From an uncultured Bacteroidales bacterium (GTDB lineage: Bacteria > Bacteroidota > Bacteroidia > Bacteroidales > Bacteroidaceae), in contig CACYSD010000001.1 of NCBI GenBank assembly GCA_902776985.1, positions 106,758-170,757 of the forward strand: a stretch of 64,000 nt of DNA, in the 5' to 3' direction. This document shows positions 10,286 through 18,620 of the stretch, one piece after another. Both the position numbers and the translations under genes were made by a program. How positions within the stretch are numbered: the first letter of the stretch is position 1; each line of letters starts with the position of its first letter. The notes below the pieces were generated by a model. That model had not been told where the DNA came from and ran no database searches. It saw only the letters and a list, made by a program, of their open reading frames with translations.

Positions 10286-11776
10286 ATGGGAGGTTTTTTT
10301 GGGACAGTATCGATGGAAAAATGTGCCGCAGATTTGTTTTATGGCACAGACTATCAATCACATCTCGGTACTCGACGTGGAGGTATGGCCACTTACAGCC
10401 GTAAGAAAGGATTCTACCGTGCCATCCACAACATGGAAAGTACTTATTTCCGCACTCGCTTTGAACCGGAACTGTCTAAGTTTGAAGGAGAATCAGGTAT
10501 TGGCATCATCAGCGACACAGATGCACAGCCAATGCTTTTCAATAGCCATTTAGGACGATTTGCCATCGTCACCGTTGCCAAGATTAACAACCTGGAAGAG
10601 GTGGCGGACAAACTGCTACAGGAAAACATGTATCTTTCTGAGTTCTCCTCCGGCAAAATCAATCCGACAGAGTTGGTTGGAGTGCTGATAGTGCAGGGAA
10701 AGGACTTTGTGAGCGGCATCGAGAACGTGTTCCGCACCATCAAAGGCTCATGCTCAATGCTCCTTCTGACTGAAGACGGCATCATCGCAGCCCGCGACGC
10801 ATGGGGTAGAACCCCGATTGTTGTGGGAAAGAAAGACGGAGCGATGGCTGTGACCAGCGAGAACACCGCATTCCCTAATCTCGGGTATGAAACCACATAT
10901 TTTGTAGGACCAGGAGAAATCATCCGCCTGCGAGCAGACGGCATGGAACAGCTTCGCCGTCCAAACAAGAAGATGCAAATCTGTTCGTTCCTCTGGATTT
11001 ACTACGGATTCCCCACATCCTCATACGAAGGAAAAACCGTGGAAGATGTCCGCTACACCACAGGAAAAATCATGGGAGAAGAGGATGATGTGGAAGCAGA
11101 CAGCGTTGGCGGCATTCCAGACTCAGGAATAGGTATGGCAGTTGGCTACAGCGCAGGCCATAAGGTTCCCTATCAGAGAGGAATAAGCAAATACACACCA
11201 ACCTGGCCTCGTTCGTTCATGCCACCCAACCAAGAGATGCGCAACCTCGTGGCAAAGATGAAGCTGATTCCCAACCACGACATGCTCGACGGCAAACGAT
11301 GCGTATTCTGCGATGACTCCATCGTCCGTGGCACACAGCTTAGGGAAAACGCAAAGGCATTGAAGGAATTAGGAGCAAAAGAGGTTCACATGCGAATCGC
11401 CTGCCCTCCCCTGATTTATGCCTGTCCGTTTGTCAACTTTTCAGCGTCAAAGTCCGAGTTGGAGCTTATTGCCCGTCGTGTCATCAAGGATTTGGAGACA
11501 CACTCTGAAAAAGCCACTCTCCTTGCCGACGCACAGACAGCACAGAATGTCGATGTACCTGAAGAGCGAATCAAAGCCTATGCCACTACCGACACTCCAG
11601 AATACAAGGCTATGGTGCAGGAGATTGCCCGTCGTCTCAATCTCGACAGTCTGAAATTCACCAAACTTGAGACCATCATCAAGGCAATAGGACTGGAGAA
11701 ATGCCAAGTATGCACCCACTGCTTCGACGGCAGTTCCTTCTACTCACTGAAAGAAGATCCAGGAGAACAGGATTAA
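10286..11776 (+). CDS. Amidophosphoribosyltransferase-like protein (class II glutamine amidotransferase + type I PRTase domain), probably with N-terminal propeptide
   Basis: C-terminal PRTase motif VFCDDSIVRGTQL. The N-terminus has Cys at position 13 (EKCAADLFYG..HLGTRRGG), consistent with a PurF-type propeptide followed by the nucleophile Cys. 496 aa. Confidence 0.65.
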   Translation: MGGFFGTVSMEKCAADLFYGTDYQSHLGTRRGGMATYSRKKGFYRAIHNMESTYFRTRFEPELSKFEGESGIGIISDTDAQPMLFNSHLGRFAIVTVAKINNLEEVADKLLQENMYLSEFSSGKINPTELVGVLIVQGKDFVSGIENVFRTIKGSCSMLLLTEDGIIAARDAWGRTPIVVGKKDGAMAVTSENTAFPNLGYETTYFVGPGEIIRLRADGMEQLRRPNKKMQICSFLWIYYGFPTSSYEGKTVEDVRYTTGKIMGEEDDVEADSVGGIPDSGIGMAVGYSAGHKVPYQRGISKYTPTWPRSFMPPNQEMRNLVAKMKLIPNHDMLDGKRCVFCDDSIVRGTQLRENAKALKELGAKEVHMRIACPPLIYACPFVNFSASKSELELIARRVIKDLETHSEKATLLADAQTAQNVDVPEERIKAYATTDTPEYKAMVQEIARRLNLDSLKFTKLETIIKAIGLEKCQVCTHCFDGSSFYSLKEDPGEQD

Positions 11777-11849
11777 GGGGTAAAGGGCTTGAGAAGTTTA
11801 ATTAAAATTGTACTTAGTACTTTGTTAAACGGTAAAAAGTTCCACAGCA

Positions 11850-11950
11850 TTGTGGGAAAAAAGTTTCAGCGAAGTGAAACAAAAGTTTCACCGCAGTGAA
11901 AATAAAGTTTCAGCGAAGAGAAAAAAAAGTTTCACTTCGCTGAAACTTTT
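11850..11950. repeat. Array A: four 22-bp-spaced hairpin units GTTTCA-N6-TGAAAC (iteron-like), flanked by an A/T run
   Basis: Units start at 11863, 11885, 11907 and 11929 (exact 22-bp period). Units 1 and 4 are reverse complements of each other. The conserved 5' flank ttgtgggaaaaaagtttca is shared with the second copy at 38913. Confidence 0.6.
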
Positions 11951-11977
11951 TTTCTTTTTGCTTATCGAGGATAAAGA

Positions 11978-12095
11978 CCTGTAGTTTAACGATTTCAGTT
12001 GACTACTTTCAGCCTTATTTGTAATATGGGTTGACTTTGGTTAATACTTTTTTTTAATCTCGATTGTCAACTATTGTTGCTTATTTATGATATTA
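11978..12095. repeat. 118-bp repeat segment X, copy A
   Basis: About 90% identical to the reverse complement of 38781-38898 (tgtagtttaacgattt..gttgactactttcagccttatttgtaatatgggttgacttt..tgtcaactattgttgcttatttatgatat). Confidence 0.6.
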
Positions 12096-12229
12096 GTTGA
12101 TAGTATTTCTGTAATCCGAGTAGAAGGGCGGTATTCCGCCATGAAGCGAACAGGGAAATAAATACATCGACGTATTTGCCATTAAGGATTATTATGTTTA
12201 CCTTTGCACATAGTTATAATATATCAACA

Positions 12230-13339
12230 ATGAAGAAGATAATATTAATGGTCGCAGTCGCCATGATGACTGCCATGACGCTGAACTCATGCAGCGACGA
12301 TGATGATACAAAAGTAGTGAACCACGATAAGCCAGTGGTGCTGAACTGTGCAAAGCCCGACTATCTGAAGGAGGGCGACAAGGTGGCGCTGATTTCGCCA
12401 TCGTACTATACGCCGATGGAGAACGTCGAGAAAACCGCCAACGTGCTGCGCTCGTGGGGATTGGAACCCGTTATCGGACCAAACGTGGGTAAGGTGGTTG
12501 ACGGAAAATATGCCGGCACCGTGGCAGAGCGTGTGAGCGATATCCGCTGGGCGCTGCGCGATTCCGACATCAAGGCTATTATCTGTAACCGTGGCGGCTA
12601 TGGCACCATCCAGCTCATTGACCAGTTGACACTGGCTGAGCTGAAAGCTTCACCTAAATGGCTGGTAGGCTTCAGCGACATCTCGACGCTACACGGTCTG
12701 CTGACCCGCGCCGGAGTGATGAGCATCCATGGCACCATGAGCTCGTTCCTGGCCAAGGGCGGCACCGACGCCACCAGCACGCTGATGCGCGACCTGCTCC
12801 TGGGCAATGTGCCTCGATATGAGCTGCCTGCACATAAGCAAAACATCACTGGTACAGCTACCGGCACGCTCGTGGGCGGTAACATCTGCACCTTTGCACC
12901 AAACCTCGGCTCGCAAGCCGATGCCACCAAAGGCAAGAACATTATTCTCTTCATTGAGGAGGTGGAGGAGTCGATGCATAACATAGACCGCCAGATGCGC
13001 ATACTCCAGATGAACGGTGTGCTTGACCGCTGCCGGGGCATCATCCTCGGTGAGTTCACCGACTGCGGCAAGGAGTTTACATACGAGAGTGTTGAGGCGA
13101 TGCTCCACGAGATGCTGAAGGCGTACAACATCCCCGTGCTCTGCGGCTTCCCCGGCGGTCACGGTGATGTGAACCTCCCCCTCGTGATGGGTGCCAACGT
13201 CACCATCGACGTGCGCAACGACGGAGCCACCCTGCAGTTTAACATCGACGGTGACCAGCAGCAGGTGAACACCGCCGACATAACCGCCCCTGTAACCCCT
13301 GCCGCCGTCCGTATGCGTCTGGCAGGAAAGTTGGAGTAA
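12230..13339 (+). CDS. LD-carboxypeptidase (peptidase S66, LdcA/MccF-like), lipoprotein
   Basis: Lipoprotein signal MKKIILMVAVAMMTAMTLNSC. S66 motifs (RGGYGT, GFSDISTLH, catalytic Ser context). The ORF-track TTG start at 12176 is probably spurious; the ATG at 12230 precedes the signal peptide. Confidence 0.75.
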   Translation: MKKIILMVAVAMMTAMTLNSCSDDDDTKVVNHDKPVVLNCAKPDYLKEGDKVALISPSYYTPMENVEKTANVLRSWGLEPVIGPNVGKVVDGKYAGTVAERVSDIRWALRDSDIKAIICNRGGYGTIQLIDQLTLAELKASPKWLVGFSDISTLHGLLTRAGVMSIHGTMSSFLAKGGTDATSTLMRDLLLGNVPRYELPAHKQNITGTATGTLVGGNICTFAPNLGSQADATKGKNIILFIEEVEESMHNIDRQMRILQMNGVLDRCRGIILGEFTDCGKEFTYESVEAMLHEMLKAYNIPVLCGFPGGHGDVNLPLVMGANVTIDVRNDGATLQFNIDGDQQQVNTADITAPVTPAAVRMRLAGKLE

Positions 13340-13363
13340 AGATAAAAGAGGAAGACAATAATC

Positions 13364-14155
13364 ATGAAACAGGTCAAACTTTGGATGATAGCCGCCATCC
13401 TAATCTGCGGCACAACGATTGTATCCTGCTCTTCGGACAAGAATAAGGAAGCGAATGTCAACGAGACTGAGGATACCAGCCAGTTTGTAACCATTACCGA
13501 CGTAGTGCCCGACGTGATTCTGGAAATCCGCTACTTCGGCACGTACAACTTTGTGGGAACGCGCATCGATGGCTATGAGGAACCGACGGCGCTCTTAACC
13601 AAACAGGCCGCTGACAGCCTGAAGGCTGTAAGCGATGACGTGAAAGCTCAAGGCTATCGCCTGAAGATCTATGATGCCTACCGTCCGCAGAAAGGTGTTG
13701 ACCACTTTGTGCGCTGGGCTGAGGACATCAACGACACACTGATGAAGGCATACTTCTATCCAGACCTCGACAAGAGTGTGCTCTTTCCTCAGGACTATAT
13801 CTGCCTGAAGAGCGGTCATACCCGTGGTTCTACCATTGACCTGACGCTTTTCGATATGAATACCGAAAAGGAAATCGACATGGGCGGCACCTTCGACTGG
13901 TTCGGTCCCGAGAGTCATCCCGACTTCTGCGGCAATCCCGAGACAGGTGAATACACAGGCGACAACTCGGAATCACCCACTGAGCCGAAACGTAGTATTA
14001 CCCCTGAGCAGTTCCAGAACCGCATGATTCTGCGTCAGGCTATGCAGCGTCACGGCTTCAAGCCTTTCGACACCGAGTGGTGGCACTTTACCCTGAAGGA
14101 CGAACCCTTCCCCGATACGTATTTTACTTTCCCTGTCAAGCAACTGAGTAAATGA
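13364..14155 (+). CDS. D-alanyl-D-alanine dipeptidase (VanX/DdpX-like, peptidase M15D)
   Basis: Signal peptide. YRLKIYDAYRP...SGHTRGSTIDLTL...WWHF motifs are typical of VanX-family zinc dipeptidases. Confidence 0.75.
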   Translation: MKQVKLWMIAAILICGTTIVSCSSDKNKEANVNETEDTSQFVTITDVVPDVILEIRYFGTYNFVGTRIDGYEEPTALLTKQAADSLKAVSDDVKAQGYRLKIYDAYRPQKGVDHFVRWAEDINDTLMKAYFYPDLDKSVLFPQDYICLKSGHTRGSTIDLTLFDMNTEKEIDMGGTFDWFGPESHPDFCGNPETGEYTGDNSESPTEPKRSITPEQFQNRMILRQAMQRHGFKPFDTEWWHFTLKDEPFPDTYFTFPVKQLSK

Positions 14156-14222
14156 GACAACGAACACTATGGCTATTTGCCATTATCTTGACATTCCTGG
14201 GCAGCCAAAAGGTAGTTAGGAA

Positions 14223-15080
14223 ATGAAAATGGCCAGACTATGGGTACTCGCCGCCATCCTGATACTATGCGGCACAGTATCGTTTGCATCATGCACGTCG
14301 AACGATGACAATCCCTCTGCGGTGCAGCCCACCATACAACGTATCCAGGAACGTGGCAAGTTGCTCGTTGGCACCACGGGCGACTATCGTCCGCTGTCAT
14401 ATAAAGAGGCCGACGGAAACTATTGGGGCTTCGGCATTGAGATGGTAGAAAAGATAGCCGAAAGGCTACGGGTAGGCGAGCGTAGCTCGGGAATTCGTAT
14501 CAGTGTAGGAATTGAATTCGTACAAACTTCGTGGCCTACGCTGACTACTGATGTGCTGGCCGACCCGCAGACTTTTGACCTCGCAATCGGTGGCATAACC
14601 ATTACCGACACACGAAAGGAGACGATGCTGATGAGTGACGGCTATCTATGTAATGGCAAGACCATCCTCTGTCGTGCTACTGAGACCGACCGTTTCCAGT
14701 CGTTGGCTGACATCGACAAACCGGAGGTGCGCGTGATGGTGAACCCCGGCGGATTGAACGAGAAGTTTGCCAACGAGAACCTAACCCACGCCACCATCAT
14801 CGTCCACCAAAAGAATGAGGAAATCCCGACTCTTATAGCTGAAGGTGAAGCCGACGTGATGATTACCGAAATCACTGAGGCTCCCTGGTACGTGCAGAAT
14901 GACCCGCGCCTTGCTGCACCCCTCATAAACTCACCTTTCACCCACGGAGAAATCGGCGTGCTGATGCGCAAAGGTCAGGACGATCTTCTCGCCCTTGTCA
15001 ACGCTGTCATTGCCCAGATGAAAGCTGACGGTAGCCTCCGCCATCTTCACGAGAAATATGGCTTAGTGTATGGATATTAG
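14223..15080 (+). CDS. Periplasmic solute-binding protein, family 3 (amino-acid ABC transporter substrate-binding-like)
   Basis: Signal/lipoprotein peptide. LLVGTTGDYRPLSY...GFGIEMV pattern of SBP_bac_3. Confidence 0.65.
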   Translation: MKMARLWVLAAILILCGTVSFASCTSNDDNPSAVQPTIQRIQERGKLLVGTTGDYRPLSYKEADGNYWGFGIEMVEKIAERLRVGERSSGIRISVGIEFVQTSWPTLTTDVLADPQTFDLAIGGITITDTRKETMLMSDGYLCNGKTILCRATETDRFQSLADIDKPEVRVMVNPGGLNEKFANENLTHATIIVHQKNEEIPTLIAEGEADVMITEITEAPWYVQNDPRLAAPLINSPFTHGEIGVLMRKGQDDLLALVNAVIAQMKADGSLRHLHEKYGLVYGY

Positions 15081-15130
15081 AAACCAGACAATACCAACCT
15101 ATTTTTAGCCATTCTGAATAACTAATTAAG

Positions 15131-16078
15131 ATGAAAACCATTTGTCATTACATATCGGAATATATGGGTGTGCTGGTGCTTGCAGCCGCATTGCTGGCAC
15201 TGGCATTTCCAAGTGTGCTGCAACAGGTGCCGGCAACGGTTATAAACTATCTGCTGGGAGTGGTGATGTTTGGTATGGGACTGACACTGAACCTTAAGGA
15301 CTTCAAGATAGTGTTCAGCCGTCCGAAGGATGTCATCATCGGTTGTCTGGCACAGTTCACCATCATGCCTCTGCTGGCATGGGGACTGGCAAGAGCCTTT
15401 CAGCTCGACGAAGCGCTGGCGCTGGGTGTGGTGCTGGTAGGTTGTTGTCCTGGCGGTACAGCATCGAATGTGATTACCTATCTGGCGAAAGGCGACCTGG
15501 CTTTGTCCGTAGGAATGACTGGTGTCTCTACCCTACTCGCTCCGCTGCTTACGCCATTACTGACATGGGCTTTGGCAGGGAAGAGCGTCAATGTTGATGT
15601 GGCGGGTATGCTGCTGAGCATTCTCTGGATAGTTATACTGCCCATCGTCGTAGGATTGATTGTCAAGGGACTTTGGCCGAAGTTCACGGAGCGCACAACA
15701 GACTATCTTCCTGCTTTCTCGTCTGTTGCGATTGCCCTCATTGTTGCTATAATCATTGCCGCAAATGCTTCCAAGTTGTTGGCAGGCGGTCTGATTATAG
15801 TCATTGTGGTCGTGCTTCACAACCTCTGTGGACTGAGTCTTGGATATCTTATCGGGCGGCTGTTAGGGCTTGCAGAACCGAAGAAGCGAGCTATCTCCAT
15901 CGAGGTAGGCATGCAGAACTCCGGTCTGGCTTCGTCATTAGCCACTCTCCATTTTGCCGCCTACCCTCTGGCAACTATCCCGGGTGCCATCTTCAGCGTA
16001 TGGCACAACATCAGCGGTGCATTGGTTGCCCGACTTTACACAAGGAAACAATATCAAGTACAAAGTACAAATGACTAA
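15131..16078 (+). CDS. Bile acid:sodium symporter (BASS) family transporter
   Basis: Polytopic. CCPGGTASNVITYLAKGD and GMQNSGLA motifs are typical of the SBF/BASS family. Confidence 0.8.
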   Translation: MKTICHYISEYMGVLVLAAALLALAFPSVLQQVPATVINYLLGVVMFGMGLTLNLKDFKIVFSRPKDVIIGCLAQFTIMPLLAWGLARAFQLDEALALGVVLVGCCPGGTASNVITYLAKGDLALSVGMTGVSTLLAPLLTPLLTWALAGKSVNVDVAGMLLSILWIVILPIVVGLIVKGLWPKFTERTTDYLPAFSSVAIALIVAIIIAANASKLLAGGLIIVIVVVLHNLCGLSLGYLIGRLLGLAEPKKRAISIEVGMQNSGLASSLATLHFAAYPLATIPGAIFSVWHNISGALVARLYTRKQYQVQSTND

Positions 16079-16084
16079 GTAGAA

Positions 16085-16122
16085 AATACGCATAACCAGC
16101 ATTTGGCTATGCGTATTTTTTT
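16085..16122 (+). terminator. Rho-independent terminator after the BASS transporter gene
   Basis: Perfect 10-bp stem aatacgcata / tatgcgtatt with a 13-nt loop, followed by a T7 run. Confidence 0.65.
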
Positions 16123-16236
16123 AAAGGAAAAACTGAAGAATAAGAAAAATGTCGTATATTTGCAAAAAGACATAGCACTATACAATCTAAAGACATAGCT
16201 CCATACTAACTAATTAAGATAAAATAATATAGTTAT

Positions 16237-18591
16237 ATGAAGAAGATTATTACGTTAATTACACTTGTCACAATGGTAGCCCTGAGTGCTCAGGCACAAG
16301 AAGAAAAGCAGGAGAGCAAAGCCAGCGTAGGTTTGGGTTTTGTAAACATTGCCGACTCTATCAAGGGAGTGCAGCTGTCGCCTATATCGAATATTGCCGA
16401 ACATGCCAGCGGTCTGCAGCTATCGGGCTTCAGCAACGTGGCATACGACGGAATGAAAGGTGTGCAGATCTCAGGTCTCAACAACATTGTCATCGGCGAA
16501 GCCAACGGTCTGCAGCTGTCTGGTTTCACTAACCAGAATGTGGGAATACTGAAGGGTGTGCAGATTGCCTTCCGCAATGAGACGGACACTTTACGCGGCG
16601 TACAGATCGGTCTGCTCAACTACGTCACCCATGACTACCAGAAAGGTGTGCAGATAGGCCTTATAAACTATTCACGCGACACAATCGCTAAACGGTACGG
16701 ACTCATCAACGTGAACCCGAAGACGCGCATCGACTTGATGGTCTATGGAGGCAACCACTCGAAAACCAACTTGGCATTTCGTTTCCGCAACCGCTCCACA
16801 TATAACATCATCGGTGTGGGCACTCACTACATGGGACTTAGCGAAAAGTTCTCGGGAGCGCTCTTCTACCGCATCGGTCAGTATTTCGAACTGACACCGA
16901 GGTTATCTGTCAGCGGAGACTTGGGATTCTCCCACATTGAGACATTCCAGGAGAACTCCCCCCAAGCTCCTGAGCGCCTATACTCATTAGAAGGCCGTCT
17001 GAACCTCGACTATCAGTTAAGCAAAAGCTGGGGCGTTTTCGGTACTGTGGGCTACGGCGACACACGCTACTACGACCACAACAAGAGTTACCGCCACCGC
17101 ATGATTGGTGAATTGGGTCTGACCTACCATTATAACGGTTTTAACAGTAACAGGAGCCGGTCAATCCGCCTGCACTCCGAAGAGGATATGCTTGGTGGCG
17201 ACGAAGACCGCTTTGCCCTGTCGCCAAAGAAGAATATGTGGCGTACAGCCGGAATGATCACAGCGCTGAACGTGTTTGTAAACCGCTGGGACACTTGGGT
17301 GCTGGGTGAGGAGTTCTCTCGCATCAGTTTCCACAGCATCGGCCACAACTTCGAGCACGCCTTCGTGTGGGACAACGACAACTTCAACACCAACCTGTTT
17401 GCACACCCATATCACGGAAACCTTTACTTCAACTCAGCCCGTGCCAACGGCTATAACTTCTGGGAGTCATATCCATGTGCCTTGGGCGGCTCTCTGATGT
17501 GGGAGTTCTTCGGTGAAATCACACCGCCAGCTATCAACGACCTGATGGCTACTTCCATTGGTGGTACCTGCATCGGTGAAATCGCCTTCCGTGTGAGCGA
17601 CCTCTTCTACGATGACCGTGAGGTTGGTTTCAGCCGTTTCCTCCGTGAGCTTGGCGGTGCCCTCATCTCTCCTATGAAAGGACTGAAGCGTGTACTCACC
17701 GGTGAGGCATGGAAACGGAGGAGCAGTCATTATCTATACCACGACTACAGCCGCATACCTGTGAGCTACAGTGTATCGTTCGGTGACCGCTACTTAGCTG
17801 ACGATCGCGCCCTGTTCCGAGGCGAGCATAACCCATACCTGGAACTGGGTTTGGAGTACGGCGACCCATACAATAACGACGAGAACAAGCCATTCGACTT
17901 CTTCCACGCCAATGCTACATTCGGATTCTCCAGCAACCAGCCTGCCGTCAACCGATTGAATTTGCTGGGACGTCTTTGGGGCACTTCGATTGCAGACACA
18001 AAGAAATTCGAAGCTGACTTCGGTCTCTTCCAGCACTTCAACTTCTACAACTCCGAGGCAGTGAAGGATGGCACAGACCTCATCCCATACCGCATCAGCG
18101 AAGCAGCCTCTGTGGGTCCAGGTCTCATCTACAGATTCCCACAGTTAGAGGAGCGTATGAACCTGGAACAGCGCATCTACCTGAGCGGAATCCTGCTTGG
18201 CGGCTCTCTCAGCGACTACCTCTATATCCAAGAGCGCGACTACAACATGGGTAGCGGATTCTCGGCTAAGATACAAACGAACATGGACATCAAGAAGGTG
18301 GGCTATATGAACATCGATGCCAACTACTTCCACATCTTCACATGGAAAGGCTACGACCGTTCGGAATGGGTTGGCAAGGAAGGCTTCGAACTTGACTACA
18401 CCAACGCTCAAGGAGACCCGGGCAACACTCGTATGCTTGCCTTCAACGCCGACTTCGGCCTTTACCTCACTAAGAACCTCTCAGTAAATCTGCGAGGCAG
18501 CTATTTCTGGCGCCATGCACATTACCGTGACTTCAAGGACGTCGATGCAAGGACATTCGAACTCCGTGCTGGACTGACCTATAAACTCTGA
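16237..18591 (+). CDS. Outer-membrane-type hypothetical protein with N-terminal ~22-aa tandem repeats (G-V/L-Q-L/I-S-G..N) and a DUF3943-like core
   Basis: Signal peptide. At least six repeats (GVQLSPISN, GLQLSGFSN, GVQISGLNN, GLQLSGFTN, GVQIAFRN, GVQIGLLN, GVQIGLINY). Aromatic-rich C-terminal region ends in a beta-barrel-like terminal F/L. A candidate -7 box TATATTTG lies at 16155-16162. Confidence 0.45.
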   Translation: MKKIITLITLVTMVALSAQAQEEKQESKASVGLGFVNIADSIKGVQLSPISNIAEHASGLQLSGFSNVAYDGMKGVQISGLNNIVIGEANGLQLSGFTNQNVGILKGVQIAFRNETDTLRGVQIGLLNYVTHDYQKGVQIGLINYSRDTIAKRYGLINVNPKTRIDLMVYGGNHSKTNLAFRFRNRSTYNIIGVGTHYMGLSEKFSGALFYRIGQYFELTPRLSVSGDLGFSHIETFQENSPQAPERLYSLEGRLNLDYQLSKSWGVFGTVGYGDTRYYDHNKSYRHRMIGELGLTYHYNGFNSNRSRSIRLHSEEDMLGGDEDRFALSPKKNMWRTAGMITALNVFVNRWDTWVLGEEFSRISFHSIGHNFEHAFVWDNDNFNTNLFAHPYHGNLYFNSARANGYNFWESYPCALGGSLMWEFFGEITPPAINDLMATSIGGTCIGEIAFRVSDLFYDDREVGFSRFLRELGGALISPMKGLKRVLTGEAWKRRSSHYLYHDYSRIPVSYSVSFGDRYLADDRALFRGEHNPYLELGLEYGDPYNNDENKPFDFFHANATFGFSSNQPAVNRLNLLGRLWGTSIADTKKFEADFGLFQHFNFYNSEAVKDGTDLIPYRISEAASVGPGLIYRFPQLEERMNLEQRIYLSGILLGGSLSDYLYIQERDYNMGSGFSAKIQTNMDIKKVGYMNIDANYFHIFTWKGYDRSEWVGKEGFELDYTNAQGDPGNTRMLAFNADFGLYLTKNLSVNLRGSYFWRHAHYRDFKDVDARTFELRAGLTYKL

Positions 18592-18620
18592 TAATGTCAA
18601 AGCTACAGACTTAAGAGAAT

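Noticed and set aside
11850-11950. Possible CRISPR array (repeats begin GTTTCA and end TGAAAC, like many CRISPR repeats)
   Set aside because: Units are only 18 bp with 4-bp gaps (22-bp period) and therefore carry no spacers. There are no cas genes in the window. The same applies to 38913-39035.
12176-12229. Upstream TTG start of the LD-carboxypeptidase, and 30633 TTG start of NfeD
   Set aside because: These are ORF-finder alternative starts. In both cases a downstream ATG directly precedes the signal peptide or first membrane helix, and the intervening codons overlap promoter-like A/T-rich sequence (the TAACTTTG box at 30627).
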